Of a stretch of DNA of 64,000 nucleotides, positions 10,789 through 24,026 are shown piece by piece. The notes beneath the pieces are model-generated. The model saw nothing but the letters and a program-made list of their open reading frames with translations. It searched no databases and was not told the DNA's origin. Position 1 is the first letter of the stretch. Each line of letters begins with the position of its first letter. The stretch is from Blastocladiella emersonii ATCC 22665 (lineage: Eukaryota > Fungi > Blastocladiomycota). The stretch covers positions 124,001 through 188,000 of the forward strand of contig JANHCV010000007.1 of the NCBI GenBank assembly GCA_025594325.1, written 5' to 3'. Position numbers and translations under genes: made by a program.

Positions 10789-12693
10789 ATGGCTGCCGTC
10801 GCCACCGCCACCGCGGCGCCCGCCGCTCCCGCCCCCTCCTCGGCATCGACGTCGCCGTACATGAAGTCTGCCACCCCTGCTTCCGCACGCCCGCGCCCGC
10901 CCGCCGTGTCGCGCGTGCAGGCCGCACACGCCGCGCCGTCCCCGTCATCGACCGCCGCCGTGGGTCTGCGGCTCAACACGCCGACGGCGCCGCCCACCTC
11001 CTCAACCTCGCGCCGGTCGCCGCCCGTCCGGGGCACCGGGTTCGTGCGCGGCGCGAGCTCCTCTGGGTCCGGCTCGGCGGCTCTCCCGCTGACGCCCACG
11101 TCATCGGACGTGGCTGTCCTGATCTCGGCTGCAACCGCTGCCAGCGGGCTGCGCCGGTCCGCGTCCTCGTCGTCCGCTGCATCGTCGGGCCGTAAAGCCG
11201 CGCGCGCAACAGCCAGCGGGCTGTCGAACCGCGCGTCGCTGTCGAGCATCCCGTACGCATCCGCGAGTAGCGGGTCGCTCGTGTCGCTCGTCCGCACCGC
11301 GTCGCTGTCCGCCTCGGCGTCGTCGCTCGTCACCGCCGAAGACGACGGGAAGCATCACGGGCTCGCGCCCGCGGACAGCGGTGTCCTCGTCGACTCGCTC
11401 GGCGTGCTCCCGCCGCTCCCCGGCGTGCTGCCCGCGCCCATCCCGCCGCCCTCCTCGTCGATCGAGACCGCCGACACTCCTGCCGCTCCTGCTGCGGTGT
11501 CGTTGTCAGCCGACCCGGCCGCCGCGTGGCTCGCCGAGGCGCGCGCCGAGGCCCACGAGGCCACTTTGGCGGACGCCGACGAAGAAGAGGAAGAGTCGTC
11601 CCCGCTCGACCGCCCCCGGCCGCTGCTGTACGTGCAGCACCTGCAGGTGCAGTGGGGGCTCGACGAGGACCTGGTCGACGCCGCCGCCCGCATCGACGCC
11701 GACACGGAGCGCGCCACCCGGTACAACGCCCTGAGCGCCGCTGACGAGGCCGTCGTTGCCGCCGCTGCCACTCCAACCAAGGCGCCGCGCTCGCCAAAGC
11801 GTGACCGCCGGCGCGACTCGGGCGTCAGCTTCCGCGCGACCACCGTCGGCCATATGCGGCGGTTCGACCCGGACGCGCCGCTCGCCGACGCGTGGATCGC
11901 CGGCGAGGTGGCCGTCCTCGGCAACGACGTCAAGCGGCCCGTCAGCCTCGTCGTCCTGCCGCCCGGGTTCGTCCCGCCCACGGCCGACGGCGACGCGCCT
12001 GCCGTGCCCGCGATCCCCGCGACCGCGTTCGCACACGCACTGTCCCCGCCCACCGTCACGGGGATCGTCGTGTCGCCGAGCCTCGCACACGCGGATGTCG
12101 CGGGGACCTCGCCGCCGAGTGGCGGGAAGCGGACGAGTCTCGCGCTCGCGCCGCGGCCCGTCTCGGTCTCGGCCGCCGCTGAGCCCGCCGCCGCTGTCGA
12201 GCAGGAGTCTGCACCGGTGGCGGCGCCCTCGACGACGCGGTTCCTCGACCCGCGCGGGCTCGTCGCCAAGCTGTCGAGCGGCGGCAGCGGTAGCAGCGGG
12301 AACCCGCACCGGATCACGCCCGTGGATGGCGACCTCGATACCATTGGTCCGGATGCCGGTGAACCCGCTGCCCCCGCCGCTGCCGAGTCTCCCGCGCCCA
12401 CCCAGCAGCGCTCGTCGCTCATGCTCACGGTGCGGCCGGGCTCGCTGGGCCCGCTGGCGCTCGCCGAGTCGCCGTCGCTGTCGCCCGAGCTGCCCGCCGC
12501 GTCCGCGTGCAGTACCGCGGGGAACGGGGCCCGTCGCGTGGGCCCCTCGGGAATCAAGTACCACGTCGTCTCGGACGAGACGAGCAGCAGCAAGGAGGGC
12601 GGCAAGCACCACATCGGCGGCGGCGTCAAGCTCCCGTCGCGGTGGCTGCGCCGGCTCGCGCAGCGGCTCGGGCTCACGAGCTGTGTGCCGTAG
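10789..12693 (+). CDS. Hypothetical low-complexity Ser/Ala/Pro-rich protein
   Basis: Long intronless ORF (track 10678..12693) with cacccaccATG at 10789 and coding-like codon bias. No family recognised. Confidence 0.6.
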   Translation: MAAVATATAAPAAPAPSSASTSPYMKSATPASARPRPPAVSRVQAAHAAPSPSSTAAVGLRLNTPTAPPTSSTSRRSPPVRGTGFVRGASSSGSGSAALPLTPTSSDVAVLISAATAASGLRRSASSSSAASSGRKAARATASGLSNRASLSSIPYASASSGSLVSLVRTASLSASASSLVTAEDDGKHHGLAPADSGVLVDSLGVLPPLPGVLPAPIPPPSSSIETADTPAAPAAVSLSADPAAAWLAEARAEAHEATLADADEEEEESSPLDRPRPLLYVQHLQVQWGLDEDLVDAAARIDADTERATRYNALSAADEAVVAAAATPTKAPRSPKRDRRRDSGVSFRATTVGHMRRFDPDAPLADAWIAGEVAVLGNDVKRPVSLVVLPPGFVPPTADGDAPAVPAIPATAFAHALSPPTVTGIVVSPSLAHADVAGTSPPSGGKRTSLALAPRPVSVSAAAEPAAAVEQESAPVAAPSTTRFLDPRGLVAKLSSGGSGSSGNPHRITPVDGDLDTIGPDAGEPAAPAAAESPAPTQQRSSLMLTVRPGSLGPLALAESPSLSPELPAASACSTAGNGARRVGPSGIKYHVVSDETSSSKEGGKHHIGGGVKLPSRWLRRLAQRLGLTSCVP

Positions 12694-13160
12694 CGTGGCG
12701 TGCTTGTTACTTGTCGATGTGTATAAAGAATGGAAAATCCGTTAGTACTCACTCATGGCCGAGGCCAAGGGGACGCGTCCAGCGCTGAAGCTCGCGGCGC
12801 GCGCGTCCATGGGCGGCACTGAAGCCGCGGCGCGCCACCGACGGCGTCTGGACCGGGCCGACCACGACGGCCGACCACGGCGCGACGCGATCGAGCGGCG
12901 CGAGACATGCGAGACACACGCGCGCGCGTTATTTGACGCGTCGCTGAACGAGGGGCGGGCACGTGCGGGACATGCAAACGCGGGCGCACGTGGCCAAGCT
13001 CAGCCGCTTGCGCTTTCGCGGCGACGTCGGCGGGTCGCACGCGTCGTCTTGCTTTCTCTCTCCCTTCCCCTCCTCATTACGCAGCACAGCAGCGTCGCCA
13101 CGACGCGCAACGCACGCGCACCCGCCCCACGAATCGCAACGCATCAACACCCACGAAAAG

Positions 13161-13475
13161 ATGGCCGACCTCGCCGACCAGGAGCGCAAACTCAAGGAAA
13201 AGTACGGGGCGCTGCCGCCGCGCAAGTCGGTGCTGGGCCACCGCCTCAAGGAGCGCAAGTACTTTGACTCGGGCGACTACGCCATGTCCAAGGCCGGCAA
13301 GGGCGGGCCCGACACGGCCGTCGGCTCGGCCCACCCGACCCCGGACATGATCCCGCACTCGCACCCGCCCGCCTCGCCCCACGCCAGCGCCAGCAGCACC
13401 TCGCCCGCCAAGGAGTCGTCGCTCGTCAAGGAGGTGCCACCGCCCTCTGGGGGCGCCGGTGGGTCGGCGGAAGAC
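13161..13475 (+). CDS. IGO1: Endosulfine/ARPP19 family PP2A inhibitor (Igo1/2-like); 3' end approximate
   Basis: Contains LKEKYGALP and the family signature RKYFDSGDYAMSKAG, followed by GSAHPTPDMIPH. Confidence 0.88.
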
Positions 13476-13666
13476 GTGCGCTCGGCGTGGTACGCTCGGT
13501 CTGCGCTGTGGCTCGCTCGTTCGCGCGCTCATCTCATGCCGTGTAGATTTCTCCCCTCCCTCTCCTCGTCATCGTTTTTGTTCTCGTGTCCCTCTCCACG
13601 CGCGGGCCGCATCCTCCCCTCCATCATTCCGTGTCAATTGAATTTGTTACCCCCACCGACACCGCG

Positions 13667-16349
13667 TCAGACGCCCTTGAGCGAGAACACGCTCCCCATC
13701 CCGCCGCCACCACCACCGCTCTCATCGAGTCCGCGGCCCGAGTAGTCCGAGTTGAGCGTGTACTCGCTGCCGAGCCCGTCCTCATGACTCCCTCCGCCCG
13801 CGGCCGCTGCTGCCGCCGCCTCGGCCGCCGCCGCCATCTGCTGGCCGCGCTGGTACAGGAGGTCGTCGATCCGCGCGCTCTTGAAATCGGCGCGGTTGCT
13901 GAGATACGCGGCGACGCTCGCCGTATCGAGCTGCGCGACGAGCCCCTCGCCGAGGAGCGCGGGGAGGTTCTCGGGCCGCACGAGGAACAGGTTCGAGATC
14001 TCGCGCAGCAGGTCAAACCGCGCCGCCACGCGCGGGTCGTCGCCCAGCTTGAACCCCGCGACCACCGCGTCCTGGTACTTGGCCACGTCGCGCGCCAGCG
14101 TCAGCGCGCCCGTCGTCGACACGGGGAACTTGCGCAGGTGCTCGAGCAGCTGCGCGTGGACCTGCACCGCCACGAGGTGCAGCACCGCGCGCGCGTTGGC
14201 GCCGTCCAGGAACGCGGTCGTGTGCCCGTGCACGCGCGACAGCAGCTCGCAGATCGACACGCACGTCGGCGAGGCCAGCTGGTGTGCGACGGCCGCCATG
14301 TCCAGGTCGTCGCCGCGCGCGCGAAAGTCCGTCTTCTTCTGCTTCGCCAGCACCGTCTGCACGTGTGCGATGACGGCGGACACGAGGTGCGCGACAATGG
14401 CGCCGGCGCGGGCCTCGATCCGGTCGAGCGCCGCGTTCTTGACGTCCACGACCCCGCGGTGCACCGCCGGGTGCGCCGCCAGCACGGGGACCATGCGCGA
14501 CTCGAAGTGCGCCTGCATCAGCTGCACCGCCGTGTTGGCCGCCTGCACCGTGGTGAGAACCCGGAAATCGGGCTCGGTCCCCGCGGCCGCCGCTGTCGCC
14601 TCCTCCCACGCCGCGTCGAGCGCCACCTCGACGTATTTCGGGAACACGGCCGCGACGAGCGCCGCGTACACCTTGGCGAGGGCGGCCGGCGGGTCGGCGT
14701 TCAACGCCAAACACCGGTCGACCGAGTCGGCGTGCGCCGCGAGCACCGCCATGACGTGGTCTGTCGACACGTGGTGCTCGAGCGGCGCTGCGGGGGCCGA
14801 CTTCTGCATCCGCGAGAACATGCCCTTCTTCTGCTGCTTGCGCCCGCCGTAGTACGCCAGCGCGTCGCGGAAGGTCGTCGCGACGACGTTGTTGAGGTGC
14901 GCGAGTTCCCGGTCCGTTGTCGCCTGGTACGGCGCAAACAGGTCGTCGACGGCCTGCTCGACCACGCGGACGAGCCCGCCCGAGTTGGCGAAGCCCGACT
15001 CGGCGGCGGCGAGCGTGTCGGACGACGGCGCGGCGGGTCCATCGGCCGCCGCGGACGCGGGCGCCCCGCCGCCGGACCCACCCGTCTTGAGCACCGTGGC
15101 GTCAAAGTGGGCGAGGTCCCGTACCAGCGTGCGCGCGGCGGCGTGGGCGGCGGCGAGGGTGCGCAGGTAGAACACGTCCGAGACCTGGGCGGCCTCGTCG
15201 AGCAGCTGCTCGAGGTAGAGGTGGACCGTCTGCTGGAAGAAGCGCTGGACGAGCTGGGTCATGACGGCGAGCGGGTGCGCGAACACGGCGGCAACCAGCT
15301 CCCAGTCCTGGTAGATGGTGGCGCGGATCTGCTCGAACAGCTTGCGCAGGCCCGCGTCGCCCATGGCCGGGTTATTGTTGGGACCGCCCTCGCCGAACCG
15401 CGGCCGCGCGCCCGTCATGGACGATGCCGTGAACAGCGGGTGCTGGCTGATCCACACGCGCACCGCGCTCTCGCCGCCGTTAAACTCGGTCAGGACCGCC
15501 GCGGCCTGGCGCATCGACGGCACGTCGTTGGCGCCGGGCGCCGCGGCGCGCTCGAAATCGCGCAGCAGGTCGGCCTCGAGCGTCTCGCAGTACCGGTCGA
15601 TCCCTGTGCGCACCGTGTCGGTCCCGGGTGCATCCATGTCGCGCACGACCTGCTGCAGGCGGCGCGCGATGACGGCGGCGCGAAGCTGGCCGTTCGGGCC
15701 CGACGTGCGCAGGGCCTCGAGGCGGTCCGAGACGCCCTTGTTGAAGTCGAGAAAGTAGCGCAGCAGCTCGCGCACGTCGGCGGCCTTGGTGCGCAGCTTG
15801 TCGATGGTCTCGAGCTGCTCGCCGATGCGTACGGCCGTGTGGCCGACCTCGGACACGCGCGCCTCGAGCGTGTCGAACGCGCCGTACACGCTGCGGAACG
15901 CGGTCCCGAGCTCGCCCACCCGCTGCTTGTACCCGACCTCGCTCGCCGCCATCGAGTCCTCGACGTCGTCGATCTCCCGCTGCACCTTCTTGCGCAGGCG
16001 GACTAGGTCGTCCATGGTCGCGTCGAAGACCGCAGCGAACGGACGCACGTCGAAGTCGCCCGCAGACCCGCCGCCGCCCCCGACGCGCGTCTGCGACAAC
16101 GGCCGGAACGTGATGGCGTCGACGAGCGTCTTGACCTTGAAGTTGGGGTCCTGCGGTCGGTCACGGCAGCGTCAGCCAGTGTGTTCGATGCACAACCCAG
16201 CGGTTCAGTCCCGTACGTACGGAAAAGGCGCTGAGGTTGATCTGGAACGCCGCGCCGCCTCCCCCGGAGGATGCTGGTGGCGGTTTCGCGGGTGGCGGTT
16301 TCGCGCCCGTGTCCGTGGCTTTGCGCCGCAGCGACGGCAGCGTGTCCAT
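13667..16349 (-). CDS. SEC10: Exocyst complex component Sec10/EXOC5
   Basis: Has an N-terminal coiled coil, RVSEVGHTAVRIGEQLE, IDRYCETLEADLL and C-terminal TGALTLARDVAKYQ...LFLVRPENL. First exon MDTLPS...AFS, with an intron at 16151-16220. Confidence 0.88.
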
Positions 16350-16549
16350 TGCAGTCAGTCGTTGTCGTGTGCGTTGCCGGTGGTGGTGATGGGGGCGAAT
16401 CGTCGAGGGTCGCTGTGCTGGTCGCTGTGGCGCGCGCGGCGCGACCGACGCGTCGGCTTTTTCGAGGCGCACGTGGGCGGCTCAACCCGCGAGTTTTCGT
16501 CGAGTCAGCGCGCGCGCGCGGTCTTCGCTCTCTCCCTTGAACATCAGAC
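16350..16549. promoter_or_regulatory. 200-bp divergent (bidirectional) promoter region between SEC10 and MLH1
   Basis: The two start codons face outward at 16349 (minus) and 16550 (plus). Promoter function is inferred from this geometry. Confidence 0.55.
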
Positions 16550-18980
16550 ATGGAATCGAATGAAACCTCGTCGTCTGCCGCCACCCCAAAACCGCCGCGG
16601 CGCATCCAGCCGCTCGACGCAACCGTCGTCAACCGCATCGCGGCGGGCGAGGTGATCCACCGCCCCGCGCACGCGCTCAAGGAGCTGCTCGAGAACGCCA
16701 TCGACGCGGGCGCAGCGCGCATCGCCGTGACGTGCCGCGACGGCGGGCTCAAGCTGCTCGAGGTCGTCGACGACGGCAACGGCATCCACCGCGACGACCT
16801 GCCCATCCTGTGCGAGCGCTTCACCACCTCCAAGCTGCGCGCCTTCGAGGACCTCGCCGCCATTGCCACCTACGGCTTCCGCGGCGAGGCCCTCGCGTCC
16901 ATCTCGCACGTCGCCCACCTCGCCGTCACAACCCGCACCCGGGACTCGGTCTGCGCGTTCCGCGCGACCTACTGCGACGGAAAGCTCGCGCCCGACCGCC
17001 CCGGCGCACCCGCCGACCCAAAACCGTGTGCGGGGAACCAGGGGACCGTCGTCTCGGTGCAGGACCTCTTCTACAACCTGCGCAACCGCCAGCGCGCCAT
17101 GAAGCCCGGCGAGGAGATGGCGCTTGTCGCCGACACGGTCGCCCGGTACGCCGTGCACAACGCCCACATCGGGTTCACCCTGCGCCGCGCGGGGGCCGGC
17201 GCCCCCGAGGTCAGCACCAACCCCGGCGCGTCGCGGATCGACCAGGTCCGCGCCATCTATGGCAACGCCATTGCCCGCGAGCTCATTGAGATCCCGCGCA
17301 CCGAGGCCGACCGCGTCACCTACTCGGCCCTCGTCACCAACCCCAACTACGCTACCAAGAAGCTCACGCTCCTGCTCTTCATCAACCGTACGTCCTCCTC
17401 CTCGTTATAGACAACCTCGGCAGCGTGACTCACGACGTATCCCTCCCTCCCTACAAGACCGCCTCGTCGAGTCGGCCACCATCAAGCGCGCCCTCGACCG
17501 CGTCTTCGAGCCGCACCTCCCCAAGGGCATGCACCCGTGGATCTACGTCGCCCTAGACCTCCCGCCCCACACGGTCGACGTCAACGTCCACCCGACCAAG
17601 AAGGAGGTCCACTTCATGCACCAGGACCACATTGTCGACACCCTCGTCGCGGCCGTCCGCGCCGCGCTCGAGTCCGCCGGCCAGTCGCGACACTACAAGA
17701 CCACCACGCTCGTGCCCGGGCCTGCTGCTGCACCCACACCCGAGGTCGTCTCGTTCAACCCGCCGCCGCCACCAGTTGGTGAGGACGCACCGACGCCGCA
17801 GGTCCGCGCCTCGCGCACCAGCTCGGCCGGCTCGCTCGACGCATGGACTGTCCCGCCGCCCACGGCCGCTGCGACGCCGCGCCGGTCCACGCCCTCGGCC
17901 TCGGCCGCAGGCAGTGCTGCGTCGACGCCGAGGATCCCCAGCTCGTCGGCGGCCCGCCGCGAGTCGCACCTCGTCCGCACCGACTCGCGCGCCACCACCC
18001 TCGACCAGTTCTTCACCCCGATCCGCCCGCCACCACCACCCAAAGCGGTCACGGCGGAGACCCCGTCGCGCCCCGACGCGGTGAACCGGCGGTCTACGGG
18101 CGATACCGAGCTCTTCGACGGGCTGGACGGGTCGCTACCCGCAGCCCCATCGCTCCCCGCTGCCGTCGACTCGGACGCCGGCGCCGCGTGGGTCCCGTAC
18201 GCGGGCGAGGAGCGCGACCTCGGACTCGCGTCGATCCACGAGCTGCGCACCGAGCTCGACGCGCTCGCCGCCGCGTCCGCGGCCGACCCAACGGACCCGC
18301 GGCGCACGCTGCTCGCCAACCACACGTTCGTCGGGTGGGTGCACGGTGCGCTGGTCGCGGTGCAGTCGGGCACGGACCTGTACCTGGCGGACGTCGGTGT
18401 CCTGGCGGACGCGTGGTTCTACCAGCGCGCGCTCGAGCTGTTCGGCAACTACCCGGCGTGGCGGCTCGCGCGCCCGGTCCCGCTCGCCGACCTCGTGGCG
18501 GCCGCGCTCGAGCTCCCCGACGCCAACTGGACGCCCGACCTCCCGCCGAAACCCGTGATTGCCGAGCACATTGCCCGCGAGCTCGTCCTCCGCCGCGACA
18601 TGCTCGCCGACTACTTCTCGCTCGAGATCTCGGACGACGGCATGCTCGCCACGCTCCCGCGCCTGCTCCGCGGGTACACGCCGGCTGTCGGGGGAGGGAA
18701 CCTCGCGATGCTCGTGCTCCGGCTCGGGACCGAGGTCGACTGGACCGCCGAGCGGCCGTGTCTCGCCGGGATCCTCGACGAGATTGCCCGGTTCTACTCG
18801 CCGCGCACGCTGGTCGAGGACGAGGGGGCGGGTGACGGGGTGGGAGTGCCCGTCCGCGTGGCCGAGCATGTCCTCCTCCCGGCGCTCCGCTCGCTCATCC
18901 TCGCGCCCGAACTCGTCGCGGCCGGGTTCGTCCGGCTCGCGAACCTGCACGAGCTGTACAAGGTGTTTGAGCGATGCTAG
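16550..18980 (+). CDS. MLH1: DNA mismatch repair protein MLH1 (MutL homolog)
   Basis: Motifs VVNRIAAGEVIHRP, KELLENAIDAGA, DDGNGI, RFTTSKL, TYGFRGEALASIS, VDVNVHPTKKEV and the MLH1-specific C-terminus LYKVFERC*. Intron at 17388-17457. Confidence 0.97.
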
Positions 18981-21900
18981 CAGTGTACCATATAGCTTTG
19001 AAGGGACTTGTACGACGTGAACCGGCTGTGATACGGTCGCTTGGGCAGTCCGTCAGGCAGCGAGGGTAAGGGCAGGCGGAGAGGTCGAGACAACCGTTTC
19101 AGGTGAACGTGAGTGGCGCAACGCGACCTCGACACGCGTCGGTACAAGCGCCGGACTCCGAGAACTAATTCACTCATGGACCATGCTTCGGTTCCAATCA
19201 AAACTGGATCTATACATATGACTAGTGATACAGGCTCGACCGACATGAGCAACGACCATTCCGCGCGTGCTCCCGCGCGGGGGTGATCTGGGCCGTCAGT
19301 CCGCGCTTCTTGCCGAGAACTCGGCGGTGAAGAAGCGACCGGGTGTAGTCGTAGTTGCGGCGGGCCCTGCTTGACTCGACTCGGCGTCGTGGATGGACGC
19401 ACGGCTGGCTCGCGGGCCGCGCATGGTGAGGCCGGCGGCGGCAGCAGGTCAGGGGCGTCGGTCTTGGTCGATGGGTGCCGGATGCCGGGTGGCTGAGCGG
19501 CAGGTTCTGGGAGGTGCTCTAGGTCTCCCGGAACGTCTTGACGCGTCGGGTCGAGCCGGTGCCGAACAGCGCGGTGCGCGAGATGCGGACGACTCGGGGC
19601 CGCATGGCGGTGAGTTGATCGTGATGATGGCGCACATCTACACGTCGGAGAGAACCAGTCAGTGCATGATCGAGGCAACGAAAAGCGGGGCCGAGCGTAC
19701 GCTGCGCCAAAAGGCCTGGAGGCTGTACCGGAGTCGAGGCGCGGGGATCGGGACAAGGCTGCCGATCGCGCGCGAGTAGCTGATGTCGAAACCGGATGCT
19801 GGTTGCTGCTGGCGACCCCGAGCCTACACGTTGGGAACACGCGCGAGTCAGCCCACGAGTTCTTCGCGCCACGACGAGGCGAGAAAGAGACGTACATGTC
19901 GAGTGCTTGGTCGCTGGGCCTGAACTACTCGGGCGGCATCAACCCGATCACGGCCGACGGGCTCACGGGGACGCGGGCCGAGGCCGCGAGACACCGGCTG
20001 CGCAGCTGCAGCAGAAACGGTGTCTCCTGGTGACGATCGGGACAGTGCGATCCGCGGACTGCGTCTGCCCGACTCCCCAGCCGGTCGAACCGGTTCTCCG
20101 CGGGTCTCGGTTCGTAGGCGGCCAATCACGCAGGGTGAAAGGCGGCACTACGCCGGCCCAGCACACTCAGCTGAGTGGCCGGATTCTGCGCAGAGGACCT
20201 GTCGACGGCGACGGCGTACCCCCAGCACGGTGGAACGTGGAACGGGGCCGCGGGCGCCGAAGTGAACGATACCGAACGGCTACAATGTGTTAATCATCAT
20301 CATCCCGCGTGTCAGCGGCGATCGCAGCGCGCATCCCGACCGAGGCGATGCGCGCAGACCGCCCGCAAACTGACTTGGAATTGGACGCGAGGCATCCGCC
20401 GACCCGAAGCTCTAGGAGCCGCGAAAACGAGCCGTACAGGCCAGGAGCGGCGCATTGACTATACACAACAAGCGAGGTCGATCAGTATACACGCGGGCGA
20501 GGTCGAGAGCGTCGAGCGATGCGAGAAACGTACGTGATGCGCGGCAGCTGGGTGGGCCCCCGCCTGCAAAGGGGGGCCAAAAAGCCCGCAGCACAATGGC
20601 GGTACACAGCGCGCGACCCGACCCGGTGCGCGCGCCGACCAGGATGTGCCGCGGGGAGGCCGACGAATCGCTACGCAGAGACATGGCGAAGCGAAACGCA
20701 GCGGCATACGAATCGGTCCGCGAGTGGCAACCCGAGACGCAGCGTGACGGACCTTATGGGCGTGCAGGACACCTCCGCCTTCGTCCTCGGCACACGACTC
20801 AGCGGTCGAGGCCGGAAGTAATCGAGTAGTCGTAGTACGTTTATCAGCCACGCCTACCTTGGGCGCGGACCGAGCCGAGCAGCGCGCCGCCGCGGTCGGA
20901 GCACGAGGGCGGCGGCGACGTCAGTCGACTGCAGGGTCGCGCGCGCGCAGATGGCGGGCTGAAAGGGTCGGGATGGTCGGTGGAAGCCAGCGAGGAGCAG
21001 CACCCGCGGGCGCGCCGGCGGCCGATGGACCCGCGGCTGCAGCCTGGCAGCCGCGGTGGCGGCGGACGCGCGGGGGTCCTGAGTGGACACGGGGTGCTCC
21101 TGCTTGATCGAAGACGGCCGAGAATACCGCTGTCGTGCCGGGGACGAGAGCGAGCAGGCGGACACGCGCGAACGAGCATGTTGGGGTCGTGCTCGCCGGG
21201 GATTCCCTGTCGTCGTCGTCGCCGTAGTCGCCGCGGTGGTGGCGACGATGGAGCCCGCAGGCGCCGCGCGTTGGAGCTTGGGTTGCGCGGCGCGGCGGGC
21301 TCGAGGCGGGGGCACGACGGGCGCGGATCTCGGAAGCGTCGTATCTAATCGTGACGAGCTGAACCGCGTGCAGCTGCTTGAGGAACTCGAGCTCGATCTG
21401 GAGCGAGTTGTCGAGCTGCTGCGTGAGGATCGGGGCCGAGCGAGCGGTTGAGGGAGGGCAAACGTGGGGCCGCCGCGCGTCGCACGCGCGCGTGTGTGGA
21501 TCCCACGACAGGAACGGGTGCGAGGAGGCGACGAGCGAGCAAACCGCGGGTCGTGGCGGCGCTGCTGCTATCGTCGTCGACTCGCGCGCGGGATCGTGAT
21601 CTGGTGGTGGTGGAAGTGGTCGTATCGCACGACCGGTGATGCCGTCGCCCGTCTTGCCAGCGAGCCTGGCTGACAAGAACGTGCGAGAAAAAGGACCGGT
21701 AGCGGCGCCCCGCGGGGCCGGCCGACTCGAGAAAGGGCACGAGTGCGGCTGTGGCTGCGGGTGGCGGGAAGCAGTCTCGAGCGTGTGACGCTGGGCGGTC
21801 GACGCGAGAGAAGGTTTGCGGGGGCGTAAGCGCGTCGTCCAGCGCGATGATCTTGGTAGTTGGACGAGAGCCGCCGATCTGCTCCTGGTACGAGTACAGG

Positions 21901-24026
21901 TACTGGCCGAGGAACGAGGTGGCGAGCAGGTGCGGCGGACTTGGTGGTGGTGGTGGTGAGACGCCGGCCGTGGCCGAGCGGCGACAGGTCGTCGCGGCTG
22001 CGGGACGCGTCTTGAGAACGACGCGAGCGTGACCATGGTCATGGCCATCGTGGTAGTGCGCGGGTACTGGGCGCGGTCTCGGCGAGCGAGATCTGGAACA
22101 CGTCAAATGACGCGCTCAGCAAAGAAACTACAGCCGAGGCGGGACGAGGTGGGTCAGACGCGGTCCTTTCTCGCGGAAACACGTCGAGCCGTACCGTTGA
22201 GCGGGGTCTCCAAATTGAGGAACACCCGCGGTCGTCATGGACGTGAACGTGAAGAAGAAGAAGCAGATGCCGGCGCCTTGAGAAAAGCGCGCGGATGTAC
22301 GACAAAAGGCGAGAACTGGTCATTCCCCACTGGCTTGGCATCGCGCACAGGGTGCCGAGGTCTAGGCGGTGCTCGCGCTCCGAGGCGCAGTCAGCGTCCA
22401 CGGCTGCTGGGCCTCGCGATCGTCATGTGTCCCGCTCGGAAATGAGCATGCGGGGCGATCGAGTAGTGGTAGTAGTAGTAGAGCGGTGCGAGCGCTGTGT
22501 CGATGCCGTCCTTGTCAGTGAATCGTGGACCAGAGTGATTTGGGCCTTGGTCGTGTTGGCGGGTCGCGATGGACTCGCGCGCGGCGGTAGTGGGCGCCAG
22601 CGACGAGTCGGTGCGGGAGATCGCTCGGTCAGGTTGATCAGGTCGACCGAGTAGACGGATGGTCGGTCGTGGCGAAAGCGCGCCGCGACGTGGCGGGCCG
22701 GCCGGTTGCCGTGTACCGTGGGTGGGTGATGTGGTGGAACCGGGTGCGGCCGCGGATGGGTCGAAAATGAAAAGAACAATACACGGGCATCGAGGTGCGT
22801 CTTGCACTCTACACGGGCGACGCGACGCGACGAGTCAGCTGGCCGTGTCCATCGAGGCGAGCAGCAGCAGCAGCGCGAAATCCGTACCGAGGCCTGGATC
22901 TCGGTGTGGTGCGGCGGGTCGCGACTCTTGAAGGAGCTGGTACTGGTGGTACTGCCGGTACTGGTAGTCCTGGAGGTGTGCGAACCCGGGTACGCGTGGC
23001 GCGAGGAAGTCGAGGCCGGGGCGTGAGCTGCGAGACGATCTCTCGCGGTCGCGGCTGTCAGTCGACCTGGCCGTGAGCGTGAGCGTGTAGGTACCGCCGT
23101 AGTTGAGCGTGGCGGCGAAAATCGTCGATCTAGTCGGCGCGCATGGGGCTGGATGACGGGCGCGCGCGAGATCGACGACAATCTTCCCACTGGCCCGGCA
23201 TCGGTGCATGTGAACGTATGGCGTTCGGGGCCACTCCGAGAGCTTTGGCGGCGTCCACGGATCCGCCGCTCTCGCCCGACCCACCAAAAAGTACGGAGGT
23301 ATGGGGGGTCGAGGCCATGGGAGCGAGTGGGCAATGCACCGATGCCGTCCGTACCAGTGGGTCGTGGACGTTGTTGAGTTTGGCCGAGTGCTCGCCGTCG
23401 TACCCTTGCAGGATGGCCGGGACGACTTGAGCTGCTGACCTGGGGCACCGAGTCGCGGACGGCGGGGGGCCATGCCATACGTGTACGAGATGCGCTCGGT
23501 GCGGGCGCTACGACGACTCGATCGGGACGAGCGCGATCTTGGTCTGCGTCCGATGGTGGCGATGGCGCGCGAGTCGTTCGTGTAGTAGCGGGTTGCGGCC
23601 GTGCAGAGCGAGAAGGCCGGCGTCGAGTGACGGGCGGTCGTTGCTCGGGGCCGAGGCCGAGTAATCGACGTGGAGCTGGCGTCGATGGCCGATGGTCGCC
23701 GCCGCGGGCGCGTGCCTGCGAGCGAGCCGAGCAGGTGCGCGGGACTATGGCGAGCGGTGGTGCGAGGACACGCCGGGTAGTAGATGTCGCGCGAGCTGGG
23801 CCGATCCGGGTCTCGGTGTCGGCGGGCGCGGCGCGGGACCGGTACCGACATGGCGCGACTCGAGGTCGCAGTGGCCGTGGCCGAGAAGGGCGCGCACGCT
23901 GGAGGGCGCGCGTACACCAGGTCGAAGCTTTTTTTTTTTTCGTGGGTTTCGTTGGGGTTTTCGGTGACGAGAAAGCAAGACGGAAAGCAAAAGTAAATGG
24001 CGGGGAAGGGAGGAGGCGAGCGCTAC

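Noticed and set aside
13586-16006. Long antisense ORFs such as 13586..16006, 41979..44561, 47688..49847, 26371..27420 and 23997..25307
   Set aside because: They are codon-aligned shadows of real genes on the other strand, expected with strong GC3 bias, and show no motifs of their own.
23929-23940. T12 run as the poly(A) tail of a retrocopy or retrotransposon
   Set aside because: The upstream gene retains an intron, and no target-site duplication or reverse transcriptase motif was found.
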